NCBI GenBank assembly: GCA_964016885.1
Contig: OZ024740.1
Location: forward strand, 315,642,001-315,706,000
DNA length: 64,000 bases
Direction: 5' to 3'
Source: Eledone cirrhosa
Lineage: Eukaryota
Shown piece after piece: positions 34,217-45,169 of this stretch; within the stretch, counting starts at the first letter, position 1; every line of letters begins with the position of its first letter. The notes beneath the pieces are model-generated. The model ran no database searches. It worked only from the letters and a program-made list of their open reading frames with translations, and was not told where the DNA came from. A program made the translations under genes and the position numbers.

Positions 34217-36014
34217 ATATAAACGTTTATGAGGTAGACCCACAGACCTACAATAAGCTGGCAAAAAGTGTCATCACGACCACCTACAAAAAGATAATAG
34301 AGATGGCATTGACTGAGACAAATGCGGCCGGAAAAGAAATCCCCAAGTCCCTTAAATTACATGACCAAACCGAACCTTTAAGGGTAAAGACCCTGAACTT
34401 TACCCTGAAGGACCATAAGGGAAACTTCCTCAACAAACCATCAGTCAGACTTATCAACCCCACTCGTTCGGACATCGGCTCTATCAGTAAGAAGATCCTT
34501 GATAGAGTTCTACCATCATTGCGGGTTGCTTCACCACTCCCACTCTGGAGCAGAACATCTGAGGCAATATCTTGGTTCCAAGAATTACCCGACAAACACC
34601 ACACTCGCTTCCTGCAACTCGACATAGAAAACTACTATGCTTCTATCTCGGAGCCCCTCTTGAAGGACGTAATTACCTTTGCCAGGAATTTTACCACCAT
34701 AACCGATGCTGAGCAAGATGTTATCCTCCTTGCCGGTAAGACCTTCCTATACCACAATGGATCTTAGTGGATCAATAAGAAGTCTCAGACCCCATTTGAC
34801 GTCACCATGGGAGCGAGTGACTTGGCTGAAATTAGCGACTTTGTGGGCCTGTACATTTTACATCACCTGAAGAACCTCTTTACTGGCCTAACAGGAGGAT
34901 TATACAGAGACGACGGCCTCTTCGCCCTACACAAGGTTAACCCCAGAACCACCGATGGGTTTCGGAGAAACTTAAGCTCGTTCTTCCGTAATCTAGGATT
35001 TAGTATAATTATAGAATCTAATATGACTAGGGCCAACTTTTTAGATGTCACTCTAGATTTAGATACTTCCTTCTATTACCCGTACCACAAACCTAACGAG
35101 TCCCTTAGATATATTAATGTTAATTCTAACCACCCCAAAAACATTACTGATAACTTAGTAAAAAGCGTCTCTATTAGAATCTCTGGCCTCTCCGCCAACG
35201 AAGATATTTTAACGCCTCTGCCTCCTACTACAATGATGCCCTCGCCCGCAGCGGATTTAAATAAAAGATAACCTACCTAGAAACCACTGCAAGAATGCAT
35301 AGGAGAAATAGGCATAGGCAGATTAGCTGGTACAACCCTCCCTTCAATAGAGAGGTCTCTACACCTATAGCTAGGATTTTCTTCACTTTGCTGAACACAC
35401 ACTTCCTCATACAACATAGGTACTACACCATCTTTAATAAGAACACAATAAGACTCTCCTACTCCACCACACCTAACCTAGCTAGGAATATAGCCAATCA
35501 CAATTCTAAAAAATTAAATAAGCCAACCACCTCCGAACCCAATCCCCGAACTGGGGCCTTGTGTAATTGCCTAAATAGGGAAGCCTGCCCACTTGAAAAC
35601 AAATGCGTGACAAATGATATCATATACAAATGCAATGTCATCTCAGGCACCGATGATTGCAACAACAAAAAGACTTACATCAGCATGACTTCCAATAACT
35701 TTAAGACCCGGTGGTATGCCCATACCCATTCCTTCAGAGGACTGGACAAATCAGATCAGACAACACTCGCCTCCTATGTTTGGGACCTCAAAAAGAACTC
35801 CACCCCCTTCACGCTTAAATGGAAAATACTCCAGAAAGCGCGCTCTTACAACGGAGGACACAAGGACTGCGACCTTTGTATCTCAGAGAGCTACGAAATT
35901 TTATTCGCCAAGGGCCCGCTACCGAACAAACTCTCTGAACACTTCCCGAACTGCATGCACAAAAACTTTGCAACTTTCCAATACCTTAAGCCAGTGTTAA
36001 TGCCCGATGGCTAA
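34217..36014 (+). pseudogene. Penelope-like retroelement RT plus C-terminal GIY-YIG endonuclease (probably Hydra clade), 5'-truncated
   Basis: TLKDHK..RLINP, LDIENYY, FDVTMG, GLYRDDGL, FLDV, SNHP, WYNPPF, then CNCLNREACP (CxCx5C), IIY...TYIS, FKTRW..H, CDLC, CMH. Stop at 34765-34767 and frameshift(s) near 35210-35290. Confidence 0.9.
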
Positions 36015-36631
36015 CCCCCCCCCCCCACTTTTTTTAAAAAAACGCCAGCCGACAAAATAGCCCCTCTGCTTCCTTCCAACCCCACCCCTACCCCTCCTCA
36101 ACCTGAAACACGGCACTATGGTTATGTAAGTACCTCTTACCTATCTGCATGTAGAGCTGTTTTTATGTGCCTGTGTGTATGCGTATATTTATGAGTACAT
36201 GTTTGTATGTATTTGTATGAGTGGCCGTTCGTTTGTATGCATATCGCTGTGTGTACATGCGTTCATATGTACCTGCATTTGTATGTATATATATATACGT
36301 ATGCATATATGTGTGTATATGTATATATATATATGTATGCATATATGTGTGTATATGTATATATATGTATATATATATGTGTGTATATGTATATATATAT
36401 GTGTATGTGTATATGTATATATATGTATATATATGTGTATGTGTATATGTATATATATGTGTATGTGTATATGTATATATATGTATGTGTATATGTATAT
36501 ATATGTATATATATATATGTATATATATATATATGTATATATATGTATATATATACATATATGTATGTATATATATATATATATATATGCATATATGTGA
36601 GTATATGTATATGTATGTGGTATATGTATAT

Positions 36632-38590
36632 GGGAGTGATTGAAAGGGTGAACTACATGGAATTCTGGAGAGTCTGAAAAATCTGGACACTCAGTGACAA
36701 TGCCAAAGATAAAGACAAATTCACCTCATGCTGCCGGACGAAAAGACAAGGACTCCACTTTGTTTCGGCCGCGGATGGCCAACATAACCCCAACCCCATC
36801 CCCGCGCGCCACCGTTCCCACCCACCAAACGCAATCCAAAACTTCAGAGTTGGTACCATGAATGTAGGCACCTTAAAAGGTCGCTCTAACGAGGTTGTAG
36901 AAATGCTTGAACGTAAGGAGGTTGAGGTTTGCTGTATCCAAGAGACCAGGTGGAGGGGTGGGTCTGCTGGATTCATTGTGGGTAAAAAACGACGCTATAA
37001 GCTTTTCTGGGTGGGAAATGAAAATGAGCTGGGTGGGGTAAGAATCATGTTAGCAGAAAAATGGGTAGATAAGATAATAGACGTAAATAGAGTGAACAAC
37101 AGAATAATTAAAATAAGACTTGTCCTAAATAGAACTACTGTGACAGTAATATCTGCGTATGCTCCCCAATCCGGACTGCCTGGCGCTATAAAAGACAGAT
37201 TCTATGAGACATTGATGCTTACTACCTCCCAAATAACCGACAGTGACTACGTAATTATTGCTGGTGACCTAAATGGTCACGTTGGACAACATTGTGACGG
37301 CTATGACGGAATCCATGGAGGCTATGGGTTTGGTACTAGAAATGAGGAAGGCTCCAGAATCCTGGAATTCTGCGACGCAAATATCTGTAACACTAACTTC
37401 AAAAAACGAGACAATCACTTGATCACCTATAGATCAGGGGAACACGCCAGTCAGATAGATTATATCCTTACCAGAAGACGTGATAGAGTTCTGTTGTAAA
37501 CACTAAATCCCTCCCCCATGAAGAATGCACCTCCCAACATAGACTCATAGTCAGCGACTTCATAGTCAGGACAAGACGTACTCGACAACAGAGGCGGACT
37601 ATCCTCAGGAGAAAAATATGGAAGCTAAAGGATCCCACAGCCAGTAATAAATTTAAAAGCATATTACTTGATGCTTTCAACAGTAAGGAAGAGCAATTAG
37701 AGTCGTACAATATAGAGGAACAGTGGGAATTCCTGAAAGCTAACCTGTTGAAGGCGGCAGATGAAGTCTGTGGCTGGAGCAGGCCTATAGGCAGGAGGAG
37801 AGTAATGTGGTGGTGGAACAGTAAGGTGGAGGAGTCAATTAAGGCCAAAAAGCAGGCTTGGAAAGTATGGCGGGATGGAGGAAGTAGAGAAGACTATCAA
37901 GTGGCCAGGAGGGAAGCTAGGAGACAAGTGTACTTCGCAAGAAGGGAAGCAGAGGAAAGAAGTTCAAGCATGTTCTACAACGCGAGGACCAAAAACGTGT
38001 TCAGGATTGCTAGGCAATGTGTCAAGGAAAACCGTGATATTGTTGGGGAGAAGTGTGTCCTTAATGATGATGGTGTACTTGCCATCACTGACGCTGATAA
38101 GAAGGTAGCTTGGAAGTGTCACTACGAAAGGCTACTAAATGAGGAGAATAAATGGGAGAAAGACAATCTCCCCCACATCGATCCAATAGAGGGACCAGCA
38201 GTGCTAGTTGAAGGTACTATAATAAGTAAGGCAATCAAAGATATGAAGACGGGTAAGGCGGCTGGGCCTTCGGAAATAGTCGTTGAAATGCTGAAAGCAT
38301 CTGGAACGGTGGGACACACTATGGTCACCCGGATAGTAAACCAAGTCATACAGAATGGGGCCGTTCCGAAGGACTGGCATAGCAGCATCATCATTAACTG
38401 CTACAAGGGTAAAGGAGATGCTCTTGATAGGGGTAACTATAGAGGCATTAAATTAATCGACTAGGTCATGAAGATCACAGAAAAAGTAATAGCGCAACTA
38501 ATCAGAGAACGAATTGATCTAGATGAAATGCAGTTCGGGTTTGTGTCAGGTAAAAATACCACAGAGGCTCTTTTCATTGTACGACTGCAA
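36632..38590 (+). pseudogene. RTE LINE: APE domain, linker and RT N-terminus, disrupted
   Basis: APE motifs at 36858-37499, then WWWN, KAAGPS, YKGKGDALDRGNYRGIKL, QFGFVSG. Several frameshifts. Confidence 0.93.
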
Positions 38591-38671
38591 TTCACACACA
38601 CACCCCTACTGACCATTATCACAACAATGAACCTCTTTACTACACACACACACACATACACATATTTGTCT

Positions 38672-39124
38672 TAAAAGACTTATTTTTCAGTGACTTCTCA
38701 ATCAGGCGAAAAAGGACACTCTTCGACAAACCTTCATTTGCGCAAAATCAATTTTTAACATTCACGTGACCTCTACCGACCAATCAAAATTGTTTTGACT
38801 ACAAGAATTTTTGCAACACGAATTGGTGTGAAATTTATAGTACTCATTCACGTGACATTCAACAACCAACCAAATCTTAATGCCTCTGAAGCCACTTTTT
38901 TCACATAAAATAGGAAGAATTTCCAAAACTGATCAGATTAGAGCAAACATCACGGGCGCTCTATCTCAAAATTATTTTTGAAAAGCATTAGAAATGCGCA
39001 ACCGGTAAAAACTTAAAACCAAAACCGAATACTAACCAATACTTATTACTAATTTATACTTATTCCTAATTAAACTATTTTTCACTGGGAAAAATTTGTC
39101 AGCATTTTCTTTTCCTTTTACTAA
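38672..39124 (+). repeat. Dispersed repeat with twin TCACGTGAC and CCAAT-like motifs
   Basis: 3' part duplicated at 16620-16823. Motifs at about 38762 and 38848. Confidence 0.55.
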
Positions 39125-39725
39125 TGTGTGTGTGTGTGTGTGTTTGAGTGTGTGTTTACACCTGGAATATAGCTTAAGAGAAACATGACAATAATGATAT
39201 GACAGGCACCAATATTTTGAACTGGATTATAGAATTCTCTTGGCCTTTGTCACTCTAAGTAGAGCTTTAAAGAATTAGCTTTTAAAGAATTTCCCTTTTC
39301 TTTAAATCCATCAACCATGACATACCTCCAACCATCTCATAGACACCTGAAATATAGGCATTGTTAGCTTAAGAGAAACTTAAAAATAAGGAGTGTCACC
39401 CCAATTTGAACTTGTTTATAGAATTCTTTCTGCCTTTGTCACTCTAAATATAAATTATAGCCTTAAAGAACTAGCTTTTAATGAATTCCCTTTTCTTTCA
39501 ACCAATGACCTACACCCATCCCACTCCCCACCCTCTCCTACCACCTGAAAAGATATAAATAGCACAACATTTATTTTGGAAAGCCAGATTCCTGATGATT
39601 TCTAAAGAATGAAACAGTTCTAGTCCTGTAGAATCTCATCTATATTAAAACTTTTTACTCTGCTATGTATTGAGTACCTTACTTACTGTGGTTACTTCTG
39701 ATTCAACCCGGAATAACTTACTTAT
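39125..39725 (+). mobile_element. Hammerhead-bearing non-coding repeat, copy 2 (longer)
   Basis: Two diverged subunits of about 190 bp, TATA-like tataaata at about 39554, hammerhead, ends in TA repeat. Confidence 0.75.
39586..39636 (+). ncRNA. Type I hammerhead ribozyme (family B)
   Basis: AGAUUC-CUGAUGA(39592-39598)-UUUC(UAAA)GAAU-GAAA(39611-39614)-CAG(UUCUAGUC)CUG-UA-GAAUCU. Predicted cleavage after 39630. Confidence 0.85.
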
Positions 39726-39734
39726 ATATATATA

Positions 39735-39891
39735 TACGGGTCAGCTGAAAAGTTCATAGGCTGTGAATTCTTGCATGCATTAATTTAAACTCTTATTTAT
39801 GACTGCATTGTTTCCTTCCAGAAACTATGTTGAAAAATAAACCTCATTTCGTATCTTGGTCAGCCTATGACCTTTTCAGCCAACCCTCATA
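39735..39891. mobile_element. mariner-derived MITE
   Basis: TIRs gggtcagctgaaaagttcataggctg / cagcctatgaccttttcagccaaccc, TA flanks. Confidence 0.7.
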
Positions 39892-40015
39892 TATTTTCAA
39901 ATAATTTCTAAAATAACCCAAAATTTTTTTTGGGGGCGAAATTTAGTAATATAGCTAACTTTCTCATTGTTAAGCTGATGATTGGTATATAACAAGACTT
40001 TTAAGATAAAATTAT

Positions 40016-40132
40016 AATTGTTTCTATATTTGGCACAAGGCCAGCAATTATTCCAGTGTATTACTGGTACTTTATTTTATCGACCCCTTAAGGATGAAAG
40101 GCAAAGTCAACCTCGGCAGGATTTGAACTCAG
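40016..40132 (-). mobile_element. 5'-truncated OK-like SINE
   Basis: TSD agataaaattataat on both sides. Confidence 0.8.
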
Positions 40133-40269
40133 ATAAAATTATAATAGAAGGTTTTTAGAAAAATATAAACACTTTAAAATAAACAGTTTTGTATCATACA
40201 AACAGTTTAGTATCAAAGGGATTTAGATGGTCTGCAACTGCTAGTGTTCACTAAAATCTGACAACCTGG

Positions 40270-40960
40270 TAGGTGCAGGTATAGTTGCATGGTTAAGAAG
40301 TTTGCTTCATAATCACAAGCCTTCAAATATCTTCTATTATAGCTTTGAGATGATCAATGTCTTGTGAATGAAATTTAGTAGACAGAAACTGTGCAAAAGC
40401 TTACTGTATATATTTGTGTGTGCGCGCATATCTTTAAGATGACACCACTTAAACTAGTGATATTTGTTTATGTCTGACATAAGCAATATGTTCCATAACT
40501 TAGCAGTTTAATAGGTAAAGATTAAAAGTACCATACTTAAAAACAAATAGAGAGTTGGCACCAAGTAGCATGTGGTCTAGTGGTAATGGTGTTGAACTTA
40601 CAATCAAAATGTTGTAGGTTTGATTCTTGGACTGGGTTGTTTGTTATATTTTTGAGTAAAACACTTCATTTCACATCACCCCAGTATACTCAGCTGAAAA
40701 TGAGTACAAGCAATAGCTGGGGATTTAATCCTGCAATGGACTTATGCCTTGTCCAGAGAGGAGAGGCTTGAACTTTCAGTCCCTTCATGCCATGGAAACC
40801 AGGATAAGCCCCAGCCTGATGTGCCACTAGACTTGACACAGATTTTAGACTATTTTGTTATATCAGGAAGGGTATCCAATCATAGAATTCTGCCTTAAAA
40901 AAGTTTTGCTCAGCCCAAGCTAGCATAGGAAAGCTGACATAAAACAATGGTAATGATGAT
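40270..40960 (+). mobile_element. Old octopus OR-like SINE with a nested CORE-like SINE (about 40565-40850)
   Basis: cttctattatagc...tttagtagacagaaactg body and RTE-type tail. The inner element has A/B boxes and ctcagctgaaaatgagtac. Confidence 0.6.
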
Positions 40961-42006
40961 AACTGTTTGTTATTGTTTAGCCTCAAATCATCTTTGATGT
41001 TAAAAAAGATCTTCCACATAGGAAAATCCTATGACTATTACCTATTTCTATCAGGTCAAACAACCATATGGAGATTTCCTAATTCACTTGTGTTATTTGT
41101 GGTGTGGATTGTAGGTCAGTAATACTTTGGCTGGCATTATATAAGCTCATGTGCAGTGAGTCATGAAAATGTCAAATAGAATGCTTTGCGGTATTTTTTC
41201 CAATGATTCTTTCCTGAGACATTCTAACTACTTGCTCATAGTATCAGAGCTGTGATATCTCAGTTTTGAGAAGTAACATTTCTCAAAAGACCCTTCAGAA
41301 GAACCCCATTTCGGTTGCTTGTATTCGTGATCGTTTTCTTTCAGTCATTTCCCAAGATTTATTACCATAGGTGAGGGTTGACACAAATACTAAATTGAAG
41401 ATATCTATACAATAATTTATGTTTTATGTGATTCTAGATACTTTAAGTTTGAAAAGAGAGGTGGGATTGACATAACTGGAATGTCTTTAATTATAGGTCT
41501 ACTCAATTATAGATGTACTGGGAGCTGAACAATATTAGTGACCCCATTTATGTGGAGAGGCTTACAATAGCTATTGGTATTGCCTCTTCTTTTTCTTCTT
41601 CACCTACTTATCTCTGGGAGGTTCATGAAGACAGAGTTCTCAGACACACCTAGTAGGTCCTGTCATTTCAGCTGCAACTGGCTCCAGTTGATGGTAATGA
41701 TGATAGCTGTTTGTTGTTGCTTAGACTCAAATCAACTTTTATTTAGCAGACCTATGATAAAAAAGACATTCCACATATAACAATCCCATGTCTATTACCT
41801 ATTTTTATCAGGTAAAACAACTATATAGAGATTTCCTCATTCACTTGTGTTATTTGTGGTGTGGATTGTAGGTCAGTGATACTTTGGCTGGTGTTATATA
41901 AGCTCATGTGTGCAGTGAGTCTTGAAAATGTCAAATAGAATGCTTTGTTGTATTTGGGGTTGATTCTTCCTTTATATCACGTTCTTACTCCCCCCCCCCC
42001 CCGACA

Positions 42007-42049
<43 letters not shown>

Positions 42050-42298
42050 CTCTCCGTCTCCTTCTCTGGAAAAAATTGGCTGAAGAGAGATATGTCAGGT
42101 TTAAAATGCCTAGGACACACAGTATGTCTTGAAGACACCCCTACAGCTCCATTAGGAGTTATGAGTCCACACATACATATAAGCTCAGGAAGTTACTAGA
42201 GAGCGAGGGGAACAAGACACTGAATGGTTAGCTAGTTTGGGATTTTCTCCCTTTCACTCTCTCAGTAAATAAATAACTAGAAGTAATGGTATACTTAC

Positions 42299-42410
42299 AA
42301 GAGATAATGTAGAACACCGTACGACCTTGTTCAAATTCATTCAACCGAAGCAGTTTTTCTACCTCTTCATTGGTAAAACGACCATGAAACAATTCCCGAA
42401 CACGTAGAAC
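42299..42410 (-). CDS. Candidate internal exon of a host gene (112 nt), VLRVRELFHGRFTNEEVEKLLRLNEFEQGRTVFYIIS
   Basis: Polypyrimidine acceptor ttctgttatttttgtattctag, donor gtaagt, only one frame open, non-repetitive, CpG-containing. Confidence 0.65.
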
Positions 42411-42752
42411 CTAGAATACAAAATAACAGAAAAATAATGAAAATATAATATTTGATGATATATTACATGGTGGAAGATTGCCTTTTATAATTTTGGGGTC
42501 AGTAAAATAAAGTACCAGCCATAAACTGGACTCAATTTCTCCTCCTTGCAAATAAATGGCGTCCTTGTGTCTAAAGTAGAAATCAGAGAAATTAGAACAA
42601 ATATGGCTGAATTAAAATCCTTATCATAGAAACATCCTTTTCACAAGACAAATGAAAAGGAGGTGATGATACCATGTCCTGTGAAAAGCAACATAAAATA
42701 ATTTTTATCTCAAAATGGTGTTATATAACTTAAATTATTTATTGCCATATAT

Positions 42753-43084
42753 ATTCCTGGTTCCCAAATAATAAGGGGAGTTGGAATAAGCAGGGGGTTG
42801 GGTTGGACATTTGCTTAAATTCTTATGGGGGAGGGGGCGTCGGTAATTGTATAGTGTATGTTCGTAAATATGGGATTTCTTGTAATGTTTTGTTTTTTTT
42901 GTGATAAATAATGTTTTTTAATGTAAAATAAAATAATTATTAGATTATCCAGCTGCTGTATCGATATGAATCACAATAAAATTTTGCTGGAGATAGATTA
43001 TCAAAATTTAATAAGCAGTGGGTGTTGGAAAAAATCTAAAAAATTAATAAGGAGGGGGGGGGGGGTATTCAAGACCTGAGAGTA
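42753..43084. mobile_element. TA-flanked MITE (reverse copy of the 5630/58864 family)
   Basis: Degenerate TIRs ggttcccaaataataa / tattcaagacctgagagta. Confidence 0.55.
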
Positions 43085-44223
43085 CTAAAATATAAGCTGA
43101 CCTATTTTATGTCTGAGAAATGGGCAAAAATCCAAACCACATTTATAAGCCAAGGCAGCTAATCAACACATGTTTAGATGGTAAGGTTTGGAAATTCTTA
43201 TGAATGGAGAATATAATTATGATATTTAAAATGTCTTAAGTGTCATTTAGAGTATAGTTTTAGTTTCACTGCATTACATAATGATTTTTTTACCTATTTC
43301 CAGCCCTTTATTCAATCAAAACTCATGAAAAACAATTATGATAGCTTGCCCATAGCTACATACTAGAGCCTAAAGTCTGACCCAAATTGACACATTTAAT
43401 ATTATCACATCTGATGGGAACAATGGATTAGTTTTAGATGCTTTATAGACTGACTCATTATGAGAAATATGATACTGTGAGAAATATAACAACAAGCAAC
43501 AACTCAAGAGAGAAACAATTTAATTGCTTAATCCTCATCATTTAATAGCTGCTTGTTTTCCCTACCAACAAAATGTAGCAAAACAGATAGTCATCTTATG
43601 ATATTTAAAAAACAATTTGACACTTTAAGCACACTGGTCTTAAAAGAAAATAGCTAAGAAATATCCGATTTAAAAAATAGTGTTTATATAAGATGAGAGT
43701 ATTTCCTAGTTAAGAAGACTTCAATAGTTTAGTAATATAAGAAGAATGAAACTTTGCACAGGCTATATAACTACTTGTATGAGGTATACACAGCAATTTG
43801 CTATCCACGTACCTTACGAGATATTACTCAGGCCACACATCTAAAACAATAATTTAACGAGTGTATGCAGTACAAAGTACAAACTGCAAATCAAAGATTT
43901 TATCGAGGGAAAACCTGGGTGAGAGAGAAAGAAACAGAATTGTTCAATTTAACAAATTAGGAATTAAAGATTGTAATAAAAAAAATGATGATAAAGTTAT
44001 ATCTGTGTATATACATTATAGAGGTAACTGAGACTGCGTAAATGTGTATATACATTTACATGATTTTAATATATAGACAGGAAAGAATTTGTGGACAGAT
44101 TTTACAGGCAAAAGCCAACTGGCAGGAGACACAGAGGCAGCGCCGAGCAAGATGGCTGCAGACAGTAACTTCTGATAGGACCTACTGGAGGGAGCATTTG
44201 AGGACACTGCCCCCACAAACTTA

Positions 44224-44781
44224 GGTGAAGGTGAAGAAGGTGAAGAAGGTGAAGAAGAAGGTGAAGAAGAAGGTGAAGAAGAAGGTGAAAAAGAAGGTGA
44301 AAAAGAAGAAGCTGAAGAAGAAGGTGAAGAAGAAGAAGAAGAAGAAGAAGAAGGTGAAGAAGAAGGTGAAGAAGAAGAAGAAGAAGCTGAAGAAGAAGCT
44401 GAAGAAGAAGAAGAAGAAGAAGAAGAAGGTGAAAAAGAAGGTGAAAAGAAGAAGAAGGTGAAAAAGAAGAAGAAGGTGAAGAAGAAGGTGAAGAAGAAGG
44501 TGAAGAAGAAGAAGAAGAAGAAGAAGAAGAAGAAGAAGAAGAAGAAGGTGAAGAAGAAGAAGAAGGTGAAGAAGAAGAAGGTGAAGAAGAAGAAGAAGGT
44601 GAAGAAAAAGAAGGTGAAGAAGAAGGTGAAGGTGAAGAAAAAGAAGGTGAAGAAGAAGGTGAAGGTGAAGAAGAAGGTGAAGGTGAAGAAGGTGAAGAAG
44701 AAGAAGGTGAAGAAGAAGGTGAAGAAGAAGGTGAAGAAGAAGAATAAGGTGAAGGTGAAGGTGAAGAAGAAGAAGAAGAAA
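44224..44781 (+). repeat. (GAA)n/GAAGGT purine-rich microsatellite, expanded tail of an RTE fragment
   Basis: Directly follows the RTE 3' fragment at 44075-44223. Confidence 0.93.
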
Positions 44782-45169
44782 TGTAAACATGCCAAATATA
44801 TGTACTTCCCTGTAAATTGAAGAAACAAACAAACAATAGATAACTTTAATTGATATCTAGTTGGGTCCTTATCGGAAGATATCTTATTTAAACAATCACA
44901 AGGAAGCTCAGTAAAAAATATTAACAAGTTATGGTTATATAATCATGGTATTATAATATTATATAATACGTAAGGGTGAAAGGCAAAGTCTAATCCCGCT
45001 GAGGTTAATTTTGCTTTCATCCTTATGGGGGTCGGTAAAATAAAGTACCAGTAATGCACTGGATAACTATGACACTATAAAATATTATAAAATCATTATG
45101 CAATCATGACATTATATTATACTAGACCACCCGTCACCCAACAGGTCACGGGTGGTCTAGTAAAATATA

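Noticed and set aside
39974-40000. CTGATGA followed by a weak hairpin
   Set aside because: No GAAA box or stem III.
43813-43840. Minus-strand micro-exon candidate upstream of 42410
   Set aside because: Stop codons in the frames compatible with the downstream exon.
44016-44927. Poly-Lys/Val, poly-Glu or poly-Phe ORFs
   Set aside because: Translation of the GAA microsatellite.
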